A DNA stretch of 63,452 nucleotides from Thermodesulfobacteriota bacterium (GCA_040755455.1 JBFMAY010000024.1:1-63452), one strand, 5' to 3'; shown: positions 48,315-58,872, numbered from the stretch's first letter. Notes: a model not told the origin generated them from the sequence alone. Program-made: numbers and translations.

Positions 48315-49211
48315 TTACAGTTTGAGCCATGACTCGGAAAAAACGGTCTGGCCGGAGAGAACCTTATAGGTCTTGTAATGCTCAAGCGCGGTGCCGCTCA
48401 GGCCTGCCGGGCCGGGGTCATTGCCGTCCATCATGCCGTGCACCAGGCTTACCAGCTCAGGACGCTGCCCCTTGCAGATGGCCATCAGTTCCGCATCATA
48501 GGAATTGACAATCGCCGTGGTGATGCCATACTTCATCAACATGATCAGATAGGTCCGGTCAAGGTATTTACGCAGATGATCGGCAACGCCGTTGGACACA
48601 TTGGACAGACCGACGGTTGAACCGGCGCCGGGGGCGATATCCTGCAGCATGCTCATGAATTCAAGGCCCGAGGCAAGCTGGTCGGCCCCGAGGGTGATGG
48701 GGGTGCCGATCGGATCAAACAGCATCTTCTCGTTGGGAATGCCGGCCTCGGACAGGGCCATCATCAGATCAACCGCCATTGCCGCGCGCTCGTTGGAATC
48801 ACGGGGCATGCCTTCCGGGCCCCAGAGCAGGGCGATGACATTGCAGCCTGCCTCGGCGGCGACCGGGATCAGTTTCTCCATCCTCTCCGGCTGGGCGGAG
48901 ATGGAGTTCATGATGGCGTTCGCCCTGTTCTTCACCACCTTGAAACCCGCGGCCATGGCGTTGGTATTGGTGGTATCAAGACACAGTGGGGTATCGGTCA
49001 CAGCCTCAACGGTCTGCACCACCCAAGGCATCAGCTCGGTTCCGTCCTTGCGGGCCGGGCCGATATTGAGATCAAGATAGGAGGCGCCTGCCTTGCTTTC
49101 CTCCTTGGCCATCTCCTGGATGGGAGCGGGATTTCTCTCTTTCATGGCCCCGCCGCTTCGCTTGCCCATGATGTTTATACTTTCAGCAATTGCTAATACC
49201 GTCTGAGACAT
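48315..49211 (-). CDS. acsE: methyltetrahydrofolate:corrinoid/FeS-protein methyltransferase (pterin-binding TIM barrel)
   Basis: IAESINIM, YLDLNIGP, PLCLDTTN, NSIS, FDP, VGLSNVSNG. Confidence 0.85.
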   Translation of the reverse strand: MSQTVLAIAESINIMGKRSGGAMKERNPAPIQEMAKEESKAGASYLDLNIGPARKDGTELMPWVVQTVEAVTDTPLCLDTTNTNAMAAGFKVVKNRANAIMNSISAQPERMEKLIPVAAEAGCNVIALLWGPEGMPRDSNERAAMAVDLMMALSEAGIPNEKMLFDPIGTPITLGADQLASGLEFMSMLQDIAPGAGSTVGLSNVSNGVADHLRKYLDRTYLIMLMKYGITTAIVNSYDAELMAICKGQRPELVSLVHGMMDGNDPGPAGLSGTALEHYKTYKVLSGQTVFSESWLKL

Positions 49212-49497
49212 GGAATCTCTCCTTATCTAATATTATATGAAGGTCATTTATCCGCAGGGAAAAAACTGGCATTGTAAAGTAATAACTTTACAAGATAGCG
49301 GGACGAGGAAGGCTTGTCAACACGGAAAACTACCTAGAAAGTCAGGAAATTCATTAATTACGTGAACTAAAAAAACACCCTTTTGTTTGCAGAGGGGAAA
49401 AGATTTGCTATAACCGGGGGGGGGGGAGGATGAGGATAGCCGGGCAGATTCCTGGAGCGACTGATCCTCCCTGCCCGCACCCATAACACGACATGAC

Positions 49498-52400
49498 ATG
49501 AAAACACTCAAACGAATTATCATCTGCGTCCTGCTGCCTGCCGCCCTGCTGCAACTGGCCGCAATCGCTGCCTACCGCCTGGTTGCTCATCCCACCCTGG
49601 CGGCACTGCTCATTCATCATCTGGAGCAGGCAGCCGGGGCACGTATCACTTATCAGCAGGATGCCGTGATTACGCGGACCTTGTCGCCGACCTTCAGCGT
49701 CAACGATCTTGCCATCGAAGATGCCGACGGGAACTACCGGATTCACAGCAGTTCGCTGCAACTGCAGATCAGCCTTACCGGCCTGCTGGCCGGCCGCCTC
49801 GAAATTCCCCGTCTGGCGCTGGGCGACACCAGGGTGGAGATCAAAAAAAGCGGCTCGCCGGGCATGCTGACATTGCCTGCGCCTCCTCCTCTTACTCCCG
49901 TCCTGCACGATGTTTCCATCGGCAGGTTATCGCTTGTGCAGGCAGGTGAGGAAATCAGCCTGCCTGCCACCCGCATCAGTGATCTGACCATCCGCCCGGC
50001 CCCTGATGCCGAGCAGCTCCTGCTGGCTGTCCAGACCGAAATCGCCGGCAGGAACATGCAGATCAATGCGACACTGCCAAAGGTCCAGCCAACCCTGAAA
50101 AACCGCCTGCTGCCGTTTTCACTTGCCGCCATGGGCCAAGGTATTGACCTTGCCGCCGAGGGGCGGATTGACTTCAATCCCTCTCCCCCTGAGGTGCAGG
50201 CCACTGTACGCGGCCATGTCCCGGACCTGAGGCAAATCGCCACCGGCGTAAAGGATCTTGCCGTCCCTGGCGAGCTGACCGCCGAGGCAAAGCTCCTCGG
50301 CCCCTTTGCCCGGCTCGCCATGGAGGAGCTGTCGGCATCGTGGCGGGGACCAGGCCAGTCCACGGCCAACCTTTCCGGCCGCATGGCGGATGTCAACAAA
50401 CTCACAGGCCTTGAACTCGATGTCACGGGCCATCTTGACCAGCCAGCCTGGCTTGCGCCGATGCTGCCGGGCAATTTTGGACCATTGCAAAGCGCGGATC
50501 TCACTGCAAGCATAACCGGCTCAAACCGCACGCTGGCCCTGCACGATGTCAGCCTGCGGGTAAAAAACAGCGATGAGCTTGACCTGCAGCTTGCGGGCAA
50601 GGCGGACCTGACAGCAAATGGCCAAACCCTTCACCCGGCAAACATCGACCTCCGGCTGACCTTTGCCGCCCCCACCACCCGCGCCGCCCGCTTCCTGCTC
50701 TTTGACCAGGTATGGGAACTGGGGGCCATCAACGGCCGGGCCGACATCCGCTCGGCCGCCGGTGATCCGGCCATTAAAAACATTGCCATCCAGACCAGAG
50801 ACCCCCAGGGCATTGCGGTGCATCTGACCGGCGGCATCGGCCGCTTTCCCCTTGATCCGCACCGGCCCAATACCGGCTATGACCTGGATGTGACCATGCA
50901 GGCCGCCGAAACACCGGTCATGGGTGATAGACTGGGGGTGACTTTGCCCTTATCCGGCCCCCTGGCCATACGATACCGAATCGAGGGTGACACCCGGGCC
51001 CTGCAGCTGAACCGCATCGAGCTGACCGCGGGCGACGGCAATGCCGTGCAGGTGAAGGCCCAGGGCCAGGTGAGGTTCGGCAATTGGGATCTCCCCGATC
51101 CACTGGCGGGTCTCGACCTGCAACTGGCAATTGTGAGCCGGGACAGCAAATCGCTGGCCGCGGTCATGGGCAAAGAGCTGCCCGATGTTGGCGGGCTCAG
51201 CGCCCGCGGCAGACTGCACACGGTCGACGGCAACCACCGCATCGATGACTTGCTGGTCACAACCGAAAAAAACGCGGCCCTGCAGGCCTCCCTTGCCGGC
51301 GCAGTCCACCAGTTCACCTTCATGCCGGAACTTGCGGCCAACGGCATTCAACTCGCTCTCAGCGCAACCGCGGATGATACGGCAAAGCTCAACACCCTCG
51401 CACCCCGGGAGAAGATGATTCCCTCCCTCGGCCCATTCAAGGCAGCCGGGCAGATCACCGGCAGCAACACACAAATCGTTGTCAGCGAGCTGTCCATCAC
51501 CGCCGGCCGGCAAGACATCATGCTGGTAAACGCCACAGGCCGGCTGGGCACCTTGAGCGCGGCAGACAACTGGCATCCCCGGGACACCGACCTCCATGTT
51601 ACCGCCCAGGCCGGCAAAAGCAGGGCCCTGGCCCAGGCCCTGGGATACCGGGTGCCGGAACTCGGACCTCTTGCCGCCGAAGCCAATCTGCGGGATAATA
51701 ACGGCAAAGCCGGGCTCGAATCCTTTCGCATCGTGGCGGGTGACAGGGCAATGCCGACCATCGATGCCAATGGTTTCGTCAATGACCTCTTCGCCGCGGC
51801 CGACCTTCGCCTGGAAGCAAAACTGCATATCGACGGCCACACCCTGGCGTCCTTTGCGGACAATCGGCCGCTGCCCGACCTGCAACCCCTGGTCGGCGAC
51901 CTGGTGATGACCAACAGCGACGGGACCCTGGGCATTGATTCTCTCCATCTCACCAGCAACGACTCGAATCTGATGAGCCTGCAGATCGACGGCCAATTCA
52001 CTGATTTTAAAAAGCCCGACACCCTGTCCCTTGATGCCCGGTTGACCGCGCAGGACCTGCAGTTGCTCGGCGCCCTGTTTGATCGGGAATGGCCGCCGGT
52101 CGGACCTGTTGCCTTGTCCAGCCGGTTACAGAGAAACGGGGCAAGCACTGTCTTTGACACGGAACTCACGGCAGGGCAAACCACGCTGCACAGCGCAATC
52201 AGCGTCCTCTTTGCCAGCAAGCCGCCCCAGCTGAGCGGCGCGATCACGGTACGGAATCTGTTCCTGCCCTATCCGCCTGACAAGGCCCCTGACAGTGCCA
52301 AAAAGAAGAAACCGGCGGCAACGCCCATTTTTTCCCGTGATCCGCTTGATCTCCACTGGCTGCAACGAGCTGATGGCAATCTCACTGTTGATATTTTGTC

Positions 52401-53229
52401 CTTCGACCGGGAACGGTTCAAGATGGAATCCGCCAAGTTGACCCTCAGCAACCAAGCCGGCAAACTGACCATCAGCCCGGCCAGGCTTGTCTATCCCATG
52501 GGAGAGCTCAGTTTCGATTTGCGGCTGGATACCCAGGGGATTCCGCAGGTGCATTTAACGGTGTCCGGCAAGGATATCAATCCCTGGAAGACGCTTGACC
52601 TGCGGGGCGCTAAAAGCAGCCGCGACTTTGATGGGGATCTCGATGTTGATGTCAATCTCACCTCATCCGGGGCAAACGCCCATGAATTGGCGGCCAACCT
52701 GGCAGGGAACTTCTTTCTGACCATCACCAACGGCAAGATGCGCAAACAGCTGCTTGATCTGGTTTTTGTTGATCTCATAGGCTGGACGGCCAGCAAGGTG
52801 ATGGGCGAAAAATATACGGATATTGAATGCGGGGTGGCCGATTACAGTGCCAAGGATGGCATCCTCTCCACCAACGCCTTGTTCATCGACAGCAAGAATA
52901 TCGCCATCGTCGGCCAGGGGACCATTGACCTTGGCGAGGAAAAACTCGATTATGTTTTCCTGCCCAAGAAAAAATCGCGGCTGATCCACCGGGCCGACCC
53001 GGTGAATGTGCAAGGCCCGCTGCGTGACCCTGCCGTGAAAGTGATCCCATGGAAATCCGCCGCCACGACTTACGGCGGTCTGTTCTTTGCTCCCTACGTC
53101 TTTGCCGGCATGGTCGCCGCTGACTGGCTGGCTGACGCCATAAATATCGGCAATAAAAAGTCCCCCTGCCAGGAATACATGCAGCAAAAGTTGCAACAGC
53201 AAACAGGCGAGGGGCAAGCCACCCCATAG
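49498..53229 (+). CDS. AsmA-family protein
   Basis: 1243 aa; N-terminal anchor, repetitive beta-rich body, C-terminal CGVADY...GIL.....IDS....VGQGTIDLGEEKLD...V.GPLRDP. Confidence 0.82.
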   Translation: MKTLKRIIICVLLPAALLQLAAIAAYRLVAHPTLAALLIHHLEQAAGARITYQQDAVITRTLSPTFSVNDLAIEDADGNYRIHSSSLQLQISLTGLLAGRLEIPRLALGDTRVEIKKSGSPGMLTLPAPPPLTPVLHDVSIGRLSLVQAGEEISLPATRISDLTIRPAPDAEQLLLAVQTEIAGRNMQINATLPKVQPTLKNRLLPFSLAAMGQGIDLAAEGRIDFNPSPPEVQATVRGHVPDLRQIATGVKDLAVPGELTAEAKLLGPFARLAMEELSASWRGPGQSTANLSGRMADVNKLTGLELDVTGHLDQPAWLAPMLPGNFGPLQSADLTASITGSNRTLALHDVSLRVKNSDELDLQLAGKADLTANGQTLHPANIDLRLTFAAPTTRAARFLLFDQVWELGAINGRADIRSAAGDPAIKNIAIQTRDPQGIAVHLTGGIGRFPLDPHRPNTGYDLDVTMQAAETPVMGDRLGVTLPLSGPLAIRYRIEGDTRALQLNRIELTAGDGNAVQVKAQGQVRFGNWDLPDPLAGLDLQLAIVSRDSKSLAAVMGKELPDVGGLSARGRLHTVDGNHRIDDLLVTTEKNAALQASLAGAVHQFTFMPELAANGIQLALSATADDTAKLNTLAPREKMIPSLGPFKAAGQITGSNTQIVVSELSITAGRQDIMLVNATGRLGTLSAADNWHPRDTDLHVTAQAGKSRALAQALGYRVPELGPLAAEANLRDNNGKAGLESFRIVAGDRAMPTIDANGFVNDLFAAADLRLEAKLHIDGHTLASFADNRPLPDLQPLVGDLVMTNSDGTLGIDSLHLTSNDSNLMSLQIDGQFTDFKKPDTLSLDARLTAQDLQLLGALFDREWPPVGPVALSSRLQRNGASTVFDTELTAGQTTLHSAISVLFASKPPQLSGAITVRNLFLPYPPDKAPDSAKKKKPAATPIFSRDPLDLHWLQRADGNLTVDILSFDRERFKMESAKLTLSNQAGKLTISPARLVYPMGELSFDLRLDTQGIPQVHLTVSGKDINPWKTLDLRGAKSSRDFDGDLDVDVNLTSSGANAHELAANLAGNFFLTITNGKMRKQLLDLVFVDLIGWTASKVMGEKYTDIECGVADYSAKDGILSTNALFIDSKNIAIVGQGTIDLGEEKLDYVFLPKKKSRLIHRADPVNVQGPLRDPAVKVIPWKSAATTYGGLFFAPYVFAGMVAADWLADAINIGNKKSPCQEYMQQKLQQQTGEGQATP

Positions 53230-53335
53230 CGCGGCTTGCCGTGATTATCCCCGGACCAAACTTCCGGCTTTACCCAAAACGTCTTTGTATCGCAGTTAAA
53301 AGATGAGATGGAGTTTGTCGTCTTGTCCCGCCCGG

Positions 53336-54970
53336 CTATGTGTCCCGCACGGTGATCCGCTTACCGGCCTGGGTGGTCAGCCAGTCGAGTTCGCTCCACA
53401 GCCGCAGGAAGAGTTGCGGGTCAAATTCCGGGACCGCCTGCAACCCATCACCTGCCCCGGCATAGAGCTTCCCCTCGGCAAGAAGCCTGCGGAAAATTTC
53501 CAGCCCATGGCGGGTTTTTTGCTCTTTCTCCGGCGGGGCCTGCAGCAATTCATCCAGGCGTTGATTTTGTGCCGTAAGCTCCAGTCCCTTGAAAAAGTTG
53601 ATGATCCGCGCGGCAATAAAAAGGGTGTACAGGTCCCGGCGCCTGACGCCTTTCGTCTCGATGGCCATGGCGGTTGCGCGGGAGAGAAAGATATCTGCTG
53701 GCGTCATGGGCGGAAATTTCTCGGCAATGGCTGTGCCGGGGGTGAGATAAAAGATCGACACCCCGATCAGCACGGGAAGACGGGCCAGGGTCAACAGAGA
53801 GGCAATCATGTTTTCCAGGGTGTCCCCCGGCAGTCCGAGGATCAGGTAGGCGACCATGGCAAAGCCCATATCCGCGGCATGGCCGACGATTTCCGCAAAC
53901 TGTTCCGCCCGATGGGAACGGCCCACGGCGGCAAGAATCTCCTGCCGGCAGCTCACCAGGGCCAGATTGAGATGGGTGAACCCCGCCTGTTTCATGAGAG
54001 CCATGGTCTCCCTGTCCAGGCTGGCGTAGGAGACGCCGTTCATGGCCAGGAGCTGGATGTCCCGGCCGTGAAACCGCTCCAGCAGCAGACGGCAGAGGTG
54101 TTTCATCTCCTTCTTGTCAAAGGTGAGGTTGTCGTCCTCAAAGTCAAAAACGCGGAAGCCCTGATCATAGCGATGGCTGATCTCGGCCAGGACATCTTCC
54201 GCCCTTCTGGGCCGGTAGCTTTTGCCAAAGGTCAGGCGCACCGAACAGAAGGCGCATTGCAGCGGGCAGCCACGGGAGGTGAGAACAAAGGCGATCGGCC
54301 TGTTGTTGAAGAGATAGCGGCCTGTCTCCTGGTCCGGCAGATCAGGGATGGGCAGCTCATGCATGGGATAATTGGGTTGCACGGGATTGAAAAGCAGCTC
54401 CCCCCCTTTTTTGTAACCAAGGTTCGGCACCTCGGCAAAGCCATGCCCCTGCCGCCATGCCTGCAGAAATTCCACCAGCGGCCGCTCCCCCTCGCCGCGG
54501 ATAATGAAATCCACATTGGCATCGGCCAGCATCATCTCCGGGGCGCAGGAAACATGGGAGCCCCCGAGCACAATGGGACAGTCCATTGCCTGTTTCAGCT
54601 TGGCGGCCAGAAAGAGGACTTCGCGATAATAGGGTGAAAAAAGAGAGGAGATGCCGATGATGTCAGGCTTTTCCTGCCGCACTTCATCGACGATCTTTTC
54701 AAATGGCGCGCCGAAATGATAGTACTGATGAAAGGTGCTGAAGGGGCCGGGGTCGGCAAATTGATAAAACGGCTTGAGATAGCGAAGCTCCTTGGGCAGG
54801 GGGATGGTCCTTCTGCCCCGGCCGTGGTGGAAATCCCGCACCGTGACCGTGAATTCCGGCAGATATTTCTGCACCGCGGCCTTGAGATAATAGAGGCCGA
54901 TGGGCTGCAGGCGGATATCGGTGTCATAAAAATCCTGCACCGGCGGCTGAACAAGAAGAAGCTTGGGCAT
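53336..54970 (-). CDS. cobalamin-binding radical SAM protein
   Basis: PIGL.YL, PDIIGISS, VLGGSH, RGEGE, TSRGCPLQCAFC, FEDDN. Confidence 0.9.
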   Translation of the reverse strand: MPKLLLVQPPVQDFYDTDIRLQPIGLYYLKAAVQKYLPEFTVTVRDFHHGRGRRTIPLPKELRYLKPFYQFADPGPFSTFHQYYHFGAPFEKIVDEVRQEKPDIIGISSLFSPYYREVLFLAAKLKQAMDCPIVLGGSHVSCAPEMMLADANVDFIIRGEGERPLVEFLQAWRQGHGFAEVPNLGYKKGGELLFNPVQPNYPMHELPIPDLPDQETGRYLFNNRPIAFVLTSRGCPLQCAFCSVRLTFGKSYRPRRAEDVLAEISHRYDQGFRVFDFEDDNLTFDKKEMKHLCRLLLERFHGRDIQLLAMNGVSYASLDRETMALMKQAGFTHLNLALVSCRQEILAAVGRSHRAEQFAEIVGHAADMGFAMVAYLILGLPGDTLENMIASLLTLARLPVLIGVSIFYLTPGTAIAEKFPPMTPADIFLSRATAMAIETKGVRRRDLYTLFIAARIINFFKGLELTAQNQRLDELLQAPPEKEQKTRHGLEIFRRLLAEGKLYAGAGDGLQAVPEFDPQLFLRLWSELDWLTTQAGKRITVRDT

Positions 54971-55675
54971 CAGTCATCGCCCTGCATCGCCGCACTGTCC
55001 ACTCCGAAGCCTCATCCCCGTGCCCTTCCCTTATTAAAAATCAGAATAAGTCGTTGTAAATAAATAACATGGCCATATAAATGCCAAGAACGGCACTCTT
55101 TTCAGTACCCCCTTGAGGGGTATAAGGAGCCGCAACTTCCTTGTGTATGCAATGCCATTCATGCCTTGTCACCGTGTCCATATTCTCACGGTAATTGCCG
55201 GGGAACGGGGCGTCAAGGGTTTTAAAAACCGGTGATGCCGCTGCCATGGCACACACATCATCTTGCCCCTGTTTTTGCGGGCAGCTTCCTTGTTTTTCAC
55301 AAAATCAATATCACCTATTGACATGGCGTATATCATTTGTTAATAAAAATACACAATGTGGTATGAACCTTCGCAGCCATTAGCATCTGATTTTGCAATA
55401 CGCTTTGCCCGCAGGCCGGGCCTCTTGCCGTAGCCGGCTTTATTTTTGCCAATCTTAATTAAAGGCTACGTCACCGGCAAGCAACTTTTCGCCGCATCGG
55501 CAAAGGTATTTTTTTGGCATCATGCCAAGGCACCGTATGCGCGGTGCATTATTGTGACATCTTCCTGTCGGTTGTTCAGCCGGGTCCGTCGTGATGGAAG
55601 CGACTGACCAGGGTGAATCTGCCAGCGAAACAATACAGGAAGAAACCGTAACCTGAAAACAAGGAGGAGAAATTG

Positions 55676-56470
55676 ATGAAGTCAGATGAAAACATGGAAG
55701 GCAAAGGCGTCTCACGGCGGCAGATGATGATTGGCACCGGCGTTCTGGCCGCAAGCGCCACCATGGCCCATTTCGGCGGCCTGCTGAAATCCGCTCAGGC
55801 CAAGGGAGGCCCGACGGAGAAATGGCCATGGCCCTATGAAAAACTTGATCCGACCAAGACGGCGGAGATTGCTTACGAGGAATGGTACCGGGTTTTCTGC
55901 GGCGCCGCGGTAATCAACAGCGTCTTCAGCCAATTACGGGAAAAGGTCGGCGAGCCCTATACATCTTTCCCCGTGGATTCCTTTGTCTTTCTTGAAGGCG
56001 GCATGGTGGGCTGGGGCATGACCTGCGGCTCCAATACCGGCGCGGCCATCGTCGCCAATCTCATCATCGGGCCGAGAATCGCCGGCGCCAACCAAGGACA
56101 TCAGATCAGTGAGGATATGTTCGAGTGGTATTCCGAGGCATCCATGCCGATTTTTGTCCCGAAAAATCCCAAGGTCACCACCGAACTGGTCAAGACCACA
56201 GCCGAATCACCCCTCTGCCACGTCTCTGTCGGCAAATGGATGAAGGCGTCAGGTTTTCCCATCGGCAGCCCGGAGCGGAAAGACAGGTGCGCACGGGTGG
56301 CGGCCAGCAACGCCTACCATCTTGTTGAACTGCTCAACGCCTGGAAAGACGGCAAGTACGAACCCACAAGCACGCATACGCCGGTCAAGGATTACGGCAT
56401 CACCGCCCAGATGAACTGCATGGAATGCCATGCCGAGGATGTTCCCTCCGCCCCCATGGCGAAGAAATAA
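55676..56470 (+). CDS. split-Soret cytochrome c precursor (Tat-exported)
   Basis: AAGGAGG RBS, twin-Arg signal VSRRQMM, WPYEKLDP, EGG..GWG.TCG, SPLCHVSVGKW, ERKDRCAR, C-terminal CMECH. Confidence 0.85.
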   Translation: MKSDENMEGKGVSRRQMMIGTGVLAASATMAHFGGLLKSAQAKGGPTEKWPWPYEKLDPTKTAEIAYEEWYRVFCGAAVINSVFSQLREKVGEPYTSFPVDSFVFLEGGMVGWGMTCGSNTGAAIVANLIIGPRIAGANQGHQISEDMFEWYSEASMPIFVPKNPKVTTELVKTTAESPLCHVSVGKWMKASGFPIGSPERKDRCARVAASNAYHLVELLNAWKDGKYEPTSTHTPVKDYGITAQMNCMECHAEDVPSAPMAKK

Positions 56471-56539
56471 TATGCGGCGTCCATACCGCAGGGCAACCCG
56501 TCCGCTGTTCAGGCTTACCCTCTAAGGCCGGACGCTTCC

Positions 56540-56585
56540 CAGCTCAGCCGCTCCGGGCAACTAGTTGCCCGGAGCGGCTGAGCTG
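56540..56585. repeat. perfect 46-bp palindrome (possible terminator)
   Basis: CAGCTCAGCCGCTCCGGGCAACT|AGTTGCCCGGAGCGGCTGAGCTG. Confidence 0.85.
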
Positions 56586-56857
56586 CCGTGCATTTTTGCT
56601 GCATAAAAACTCGATCCAACACGGCCAATAAACTCCTCACTGCCGCAGGCAATAATGCCATGCCGCAAGCCTGCCCCTCCTCCCTCCCCGTAATTTTTCA
56701 ATTCTTCACTCCCGTATTGGGCCAAATGGCGCATTTACTCCATCGCCTGCGGGGTATATGGCGTCATTGGGCGGCGCGGAGACTATTTTTGCTGGGTGTT
56801 TTCGTGCAACTTATTGAGATCATGTGATAAAAAAAATCCACCTACTGTGTGACATTG

Positions 56858-56873
56858 TGGTGCCATTTTTGCT
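56858..56873 (+). promoter_or_regulatory. sigma54 (-24/-12) promoter candidate
   Basis: TGGTGCCATTTTTGCT with GG-N10-GC spacing, ~110 bp before the cytochrome ATG. Confidence 0.5.
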
Positions 56874-56892
56874 GTCAAGTAAAGGAAGGCAA

Positions 56893-56963
56893 GCCGGGTC
56901 AGCGCAGCGTAACCTGGCAAATCAAGTCAGATCAATACCGGGTCAGGCTGCGCTGACCCGACC
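56893..56963. repeat. degenerate REP doublet / hairpin in the 5' leader
   Basis: CGGGTCAGCGCAGC pairs perfectly with GCTGCGCTGACCCG. Confidence 0.6.
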
Positions 56964-56985
56964 CCCATGAAGAAAAGGGAAAAAA

Positions 56986-58872
56986 ATGAAGAAGAAAATG
57001 ATAAAGAGTCTGCCCCTGTTTGTCCTGCTGGCCACGCCCGGCATGGCCTCGGCCCAGTTGAGCTACAGCTTCTATGAGCAGTCGCCTCATAACGCCACCA
57101 GCTATATGAACTCGGACAATTTCAGCTTCAGCGACTGCGGGAACTGTCATACGGGTGATGGCGTCACGGGAAGCTGGGCTTTTTACAGCAACCGCTTTCT
57201 CTGCGCCAATTGTCATATCAACGAGAGCGGCCCGCCCTACACCCTGAATTCCGCGCCGGCCATGGAAGTCCATTCCGCTGCCGCCATGGCCGGCGATCCC
57301 AAGGGCACCCTGGTGCGGGGCTGCGGCTCCTGCCATCACGGGCCCACCCAGAACGACTGGGCCCATCCGCCGCAGATTGACCACACCAACCCGCTCCTTA
57401 CTCCGGCCCTCGCCGAAGGAACCTATACCACTGCCGGGGTCTGGGACCCGGCGACGGATACGACAACGTTTTCAGGGGTGCAGCTGACCGTGAATGATTC
57501 CCAGTGGAACGATCCCGGCACCTGGAATAAAAAAACCGGACCCGAGCGCGGTCTGATGCTGGAAGTGATCAGGGACCCCGACTATCGCCCCCGGGTCTGG
57601 TACGGCGAAATTCAGGATGCCGCTGCCAATGCCGACGGCACCAGCACCATTGTCATCAAGGGACAATTGCGCAATGACGTTTTCGTGCCTTATCCTCCGG
57701 GAATTCTACGGATTTTTTATGGCCAGGAGGTTTTATCCCGCATCTATACCGATACCACCGTGGGGTCGTCATCATCCTGGCCGAGTGCCGCCGTGCGCTT
57801 CCTCGGCCCCCGGGACGCGGCCAACAGCGACGGATTAGGGGCTGCCGGCGGGGATTCGACCCCGTACGGCATCTGCCAGGTCTGCCATACCACCACCAAT
57901 TACTGGCGGGCCGACGGTTCCGGCACGGAGCACAATAACGGACTGGACTGCCTGGGCTGCCATGAGCACAAAACCGGTTTTCTGCCCAGCTGCAATTCCT
58001 GTCATGACTATCCGCCGGCAATCGGGTCCAATGACCGGCACGGCCGCCACACCCAGCTCGGCTACGGCTGCCAGACCTGCCATTACCAGACCACCACCAA
58101 TGGCGTGCGCGTCGGTGCAACCCATAACAACGGCACAGTCAATGTCTCGCCGGCGCCCACTTTCCCGGGGCGGCCCGCAGACGGCCCGCAGGCCCTGTCA
58201 TTCACCTATACCCCGGCCGAGGGCGGCGGCAGCTGCTCCGCCAACTCCTGCCACGCCTACTGGGGCTATTCCAACCCGGCCACATGGACCCAGAACATCG
58301 AGATGCACGTCGTGCCGCAGATCTCCGCCCTTTCCTCCCTTGATACGGACCGGGTGGTAACCCTGGACGCCAGCCGCTCCTCCTGCTACGAGAGCGTGGA
58401 CGGCCTGCCGGAAGACCGCATCTGCACCTTCACCTGGGACTTCGGCGGCAGCGGCGGCGTCATTGGCGGCAACGGCCAGGATGTCATCATTTACCGCTAT
58501 GACGCCCCGGGCGCCTATACCGCGACGCTGACCATGACCGAAGCAACCAGCGGCAAAACCGCCACCGCTACGGTGAGCGCCACCGCCTCCCTTGTCGAGT
58601 CACCGGCCCCGGCCATCGATTTCACCACCGCGGTAACCGGCACGGCAGTCACCCTGCACGCCGCCTTTCCCGCGGATGTGCAAAGGGTCTATGTCTACTG
58701 GGGCGACCGCAGCCGCTCCGTGTACACCAGACCGGCCGCTGACGTCATGAGCCATACCTATGCCGTTGGCCGCAAAAGCTACAACATCCGGGTGCAGACC
58801 ATTGACGCGGCCCACAAGATGGTGGATTACACCTTCAGCGAGGATGCGGATCTGCGGGTCACCCTGCCGTGA
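56986..58872 (+). CDS. secreted multiheme cytochrome c (7 CxxCH + 1 CxxxxCH) with C-terminal PKD/Ig-like domains
   Basis: Signal peptide ASA|Q; CGNCH, CANCH, CGSCH, CQVCH, CLGCH, CNSCH, CQTCH, CSANSCH; PKD FTWDFG...Y...GAYTATLT; YWGD...SHTY. Confidence 0.9.
   Translation: MKKKMIKSLPLFVLLATPGMASAQLSYSFYEQSPHNATSYMNSDNFSFSDCGNCHTGDGVTGSWAFYSNRFLCANCHINESGPPYTLNSAPAMEVHSAAAMAGDPKGTLVRGCGSCHHGPTQNDWAHPPQIDHTNPLLTPALAEGTYTTAGVWDPATDTTTFSGVQLTVNDSQWNDPGTWNKKTGPERGLMLEVIRDPDYRPRVWYGEIQDAAANADGTSTIVIKGQLRNDVFVPYPPGILRIFYGQEVLSRIYTDTTVGSSSSWPSAAVRFLGPRDAANSDGLGAAGGDSTPYGICQVCHTTTNYWRADGSGTEHNNGLDCLGCHEHKTGFLPSCNSCHDYPPAIGSNDRHGRHTQLGYGCQTCHYQTTTNGVRVGATHNNGTVNVSPAPTFPGRPADGPQALSFTYTPAEGGGSCSANSCHAYWGYSNPATWTQNIEMHVVPQISALSSLDTDRVVTLDASRSSCYESVDGLPEDRICTFTWDFGGSGGVIGGNGQDVIIYRYDAPGAYTATLTMTEATSGKTATATVSATASLVESPAPAIDFTTAVTGTAVTLHAAFPADVQRVYVYWGDRSRSVYTRPAADVMSHTYAVGRKSYNIRVQTIDAAHKMVDYTFSEDADLRVTLP

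Noticed and set aside
53290..53335. Fluoride riboswitch (GATGGAGTT)
   Set aside because: Lacks the pairing partner and the downstream TGA(C/T)(G/T)CCT motif, and lies between convergent genes.
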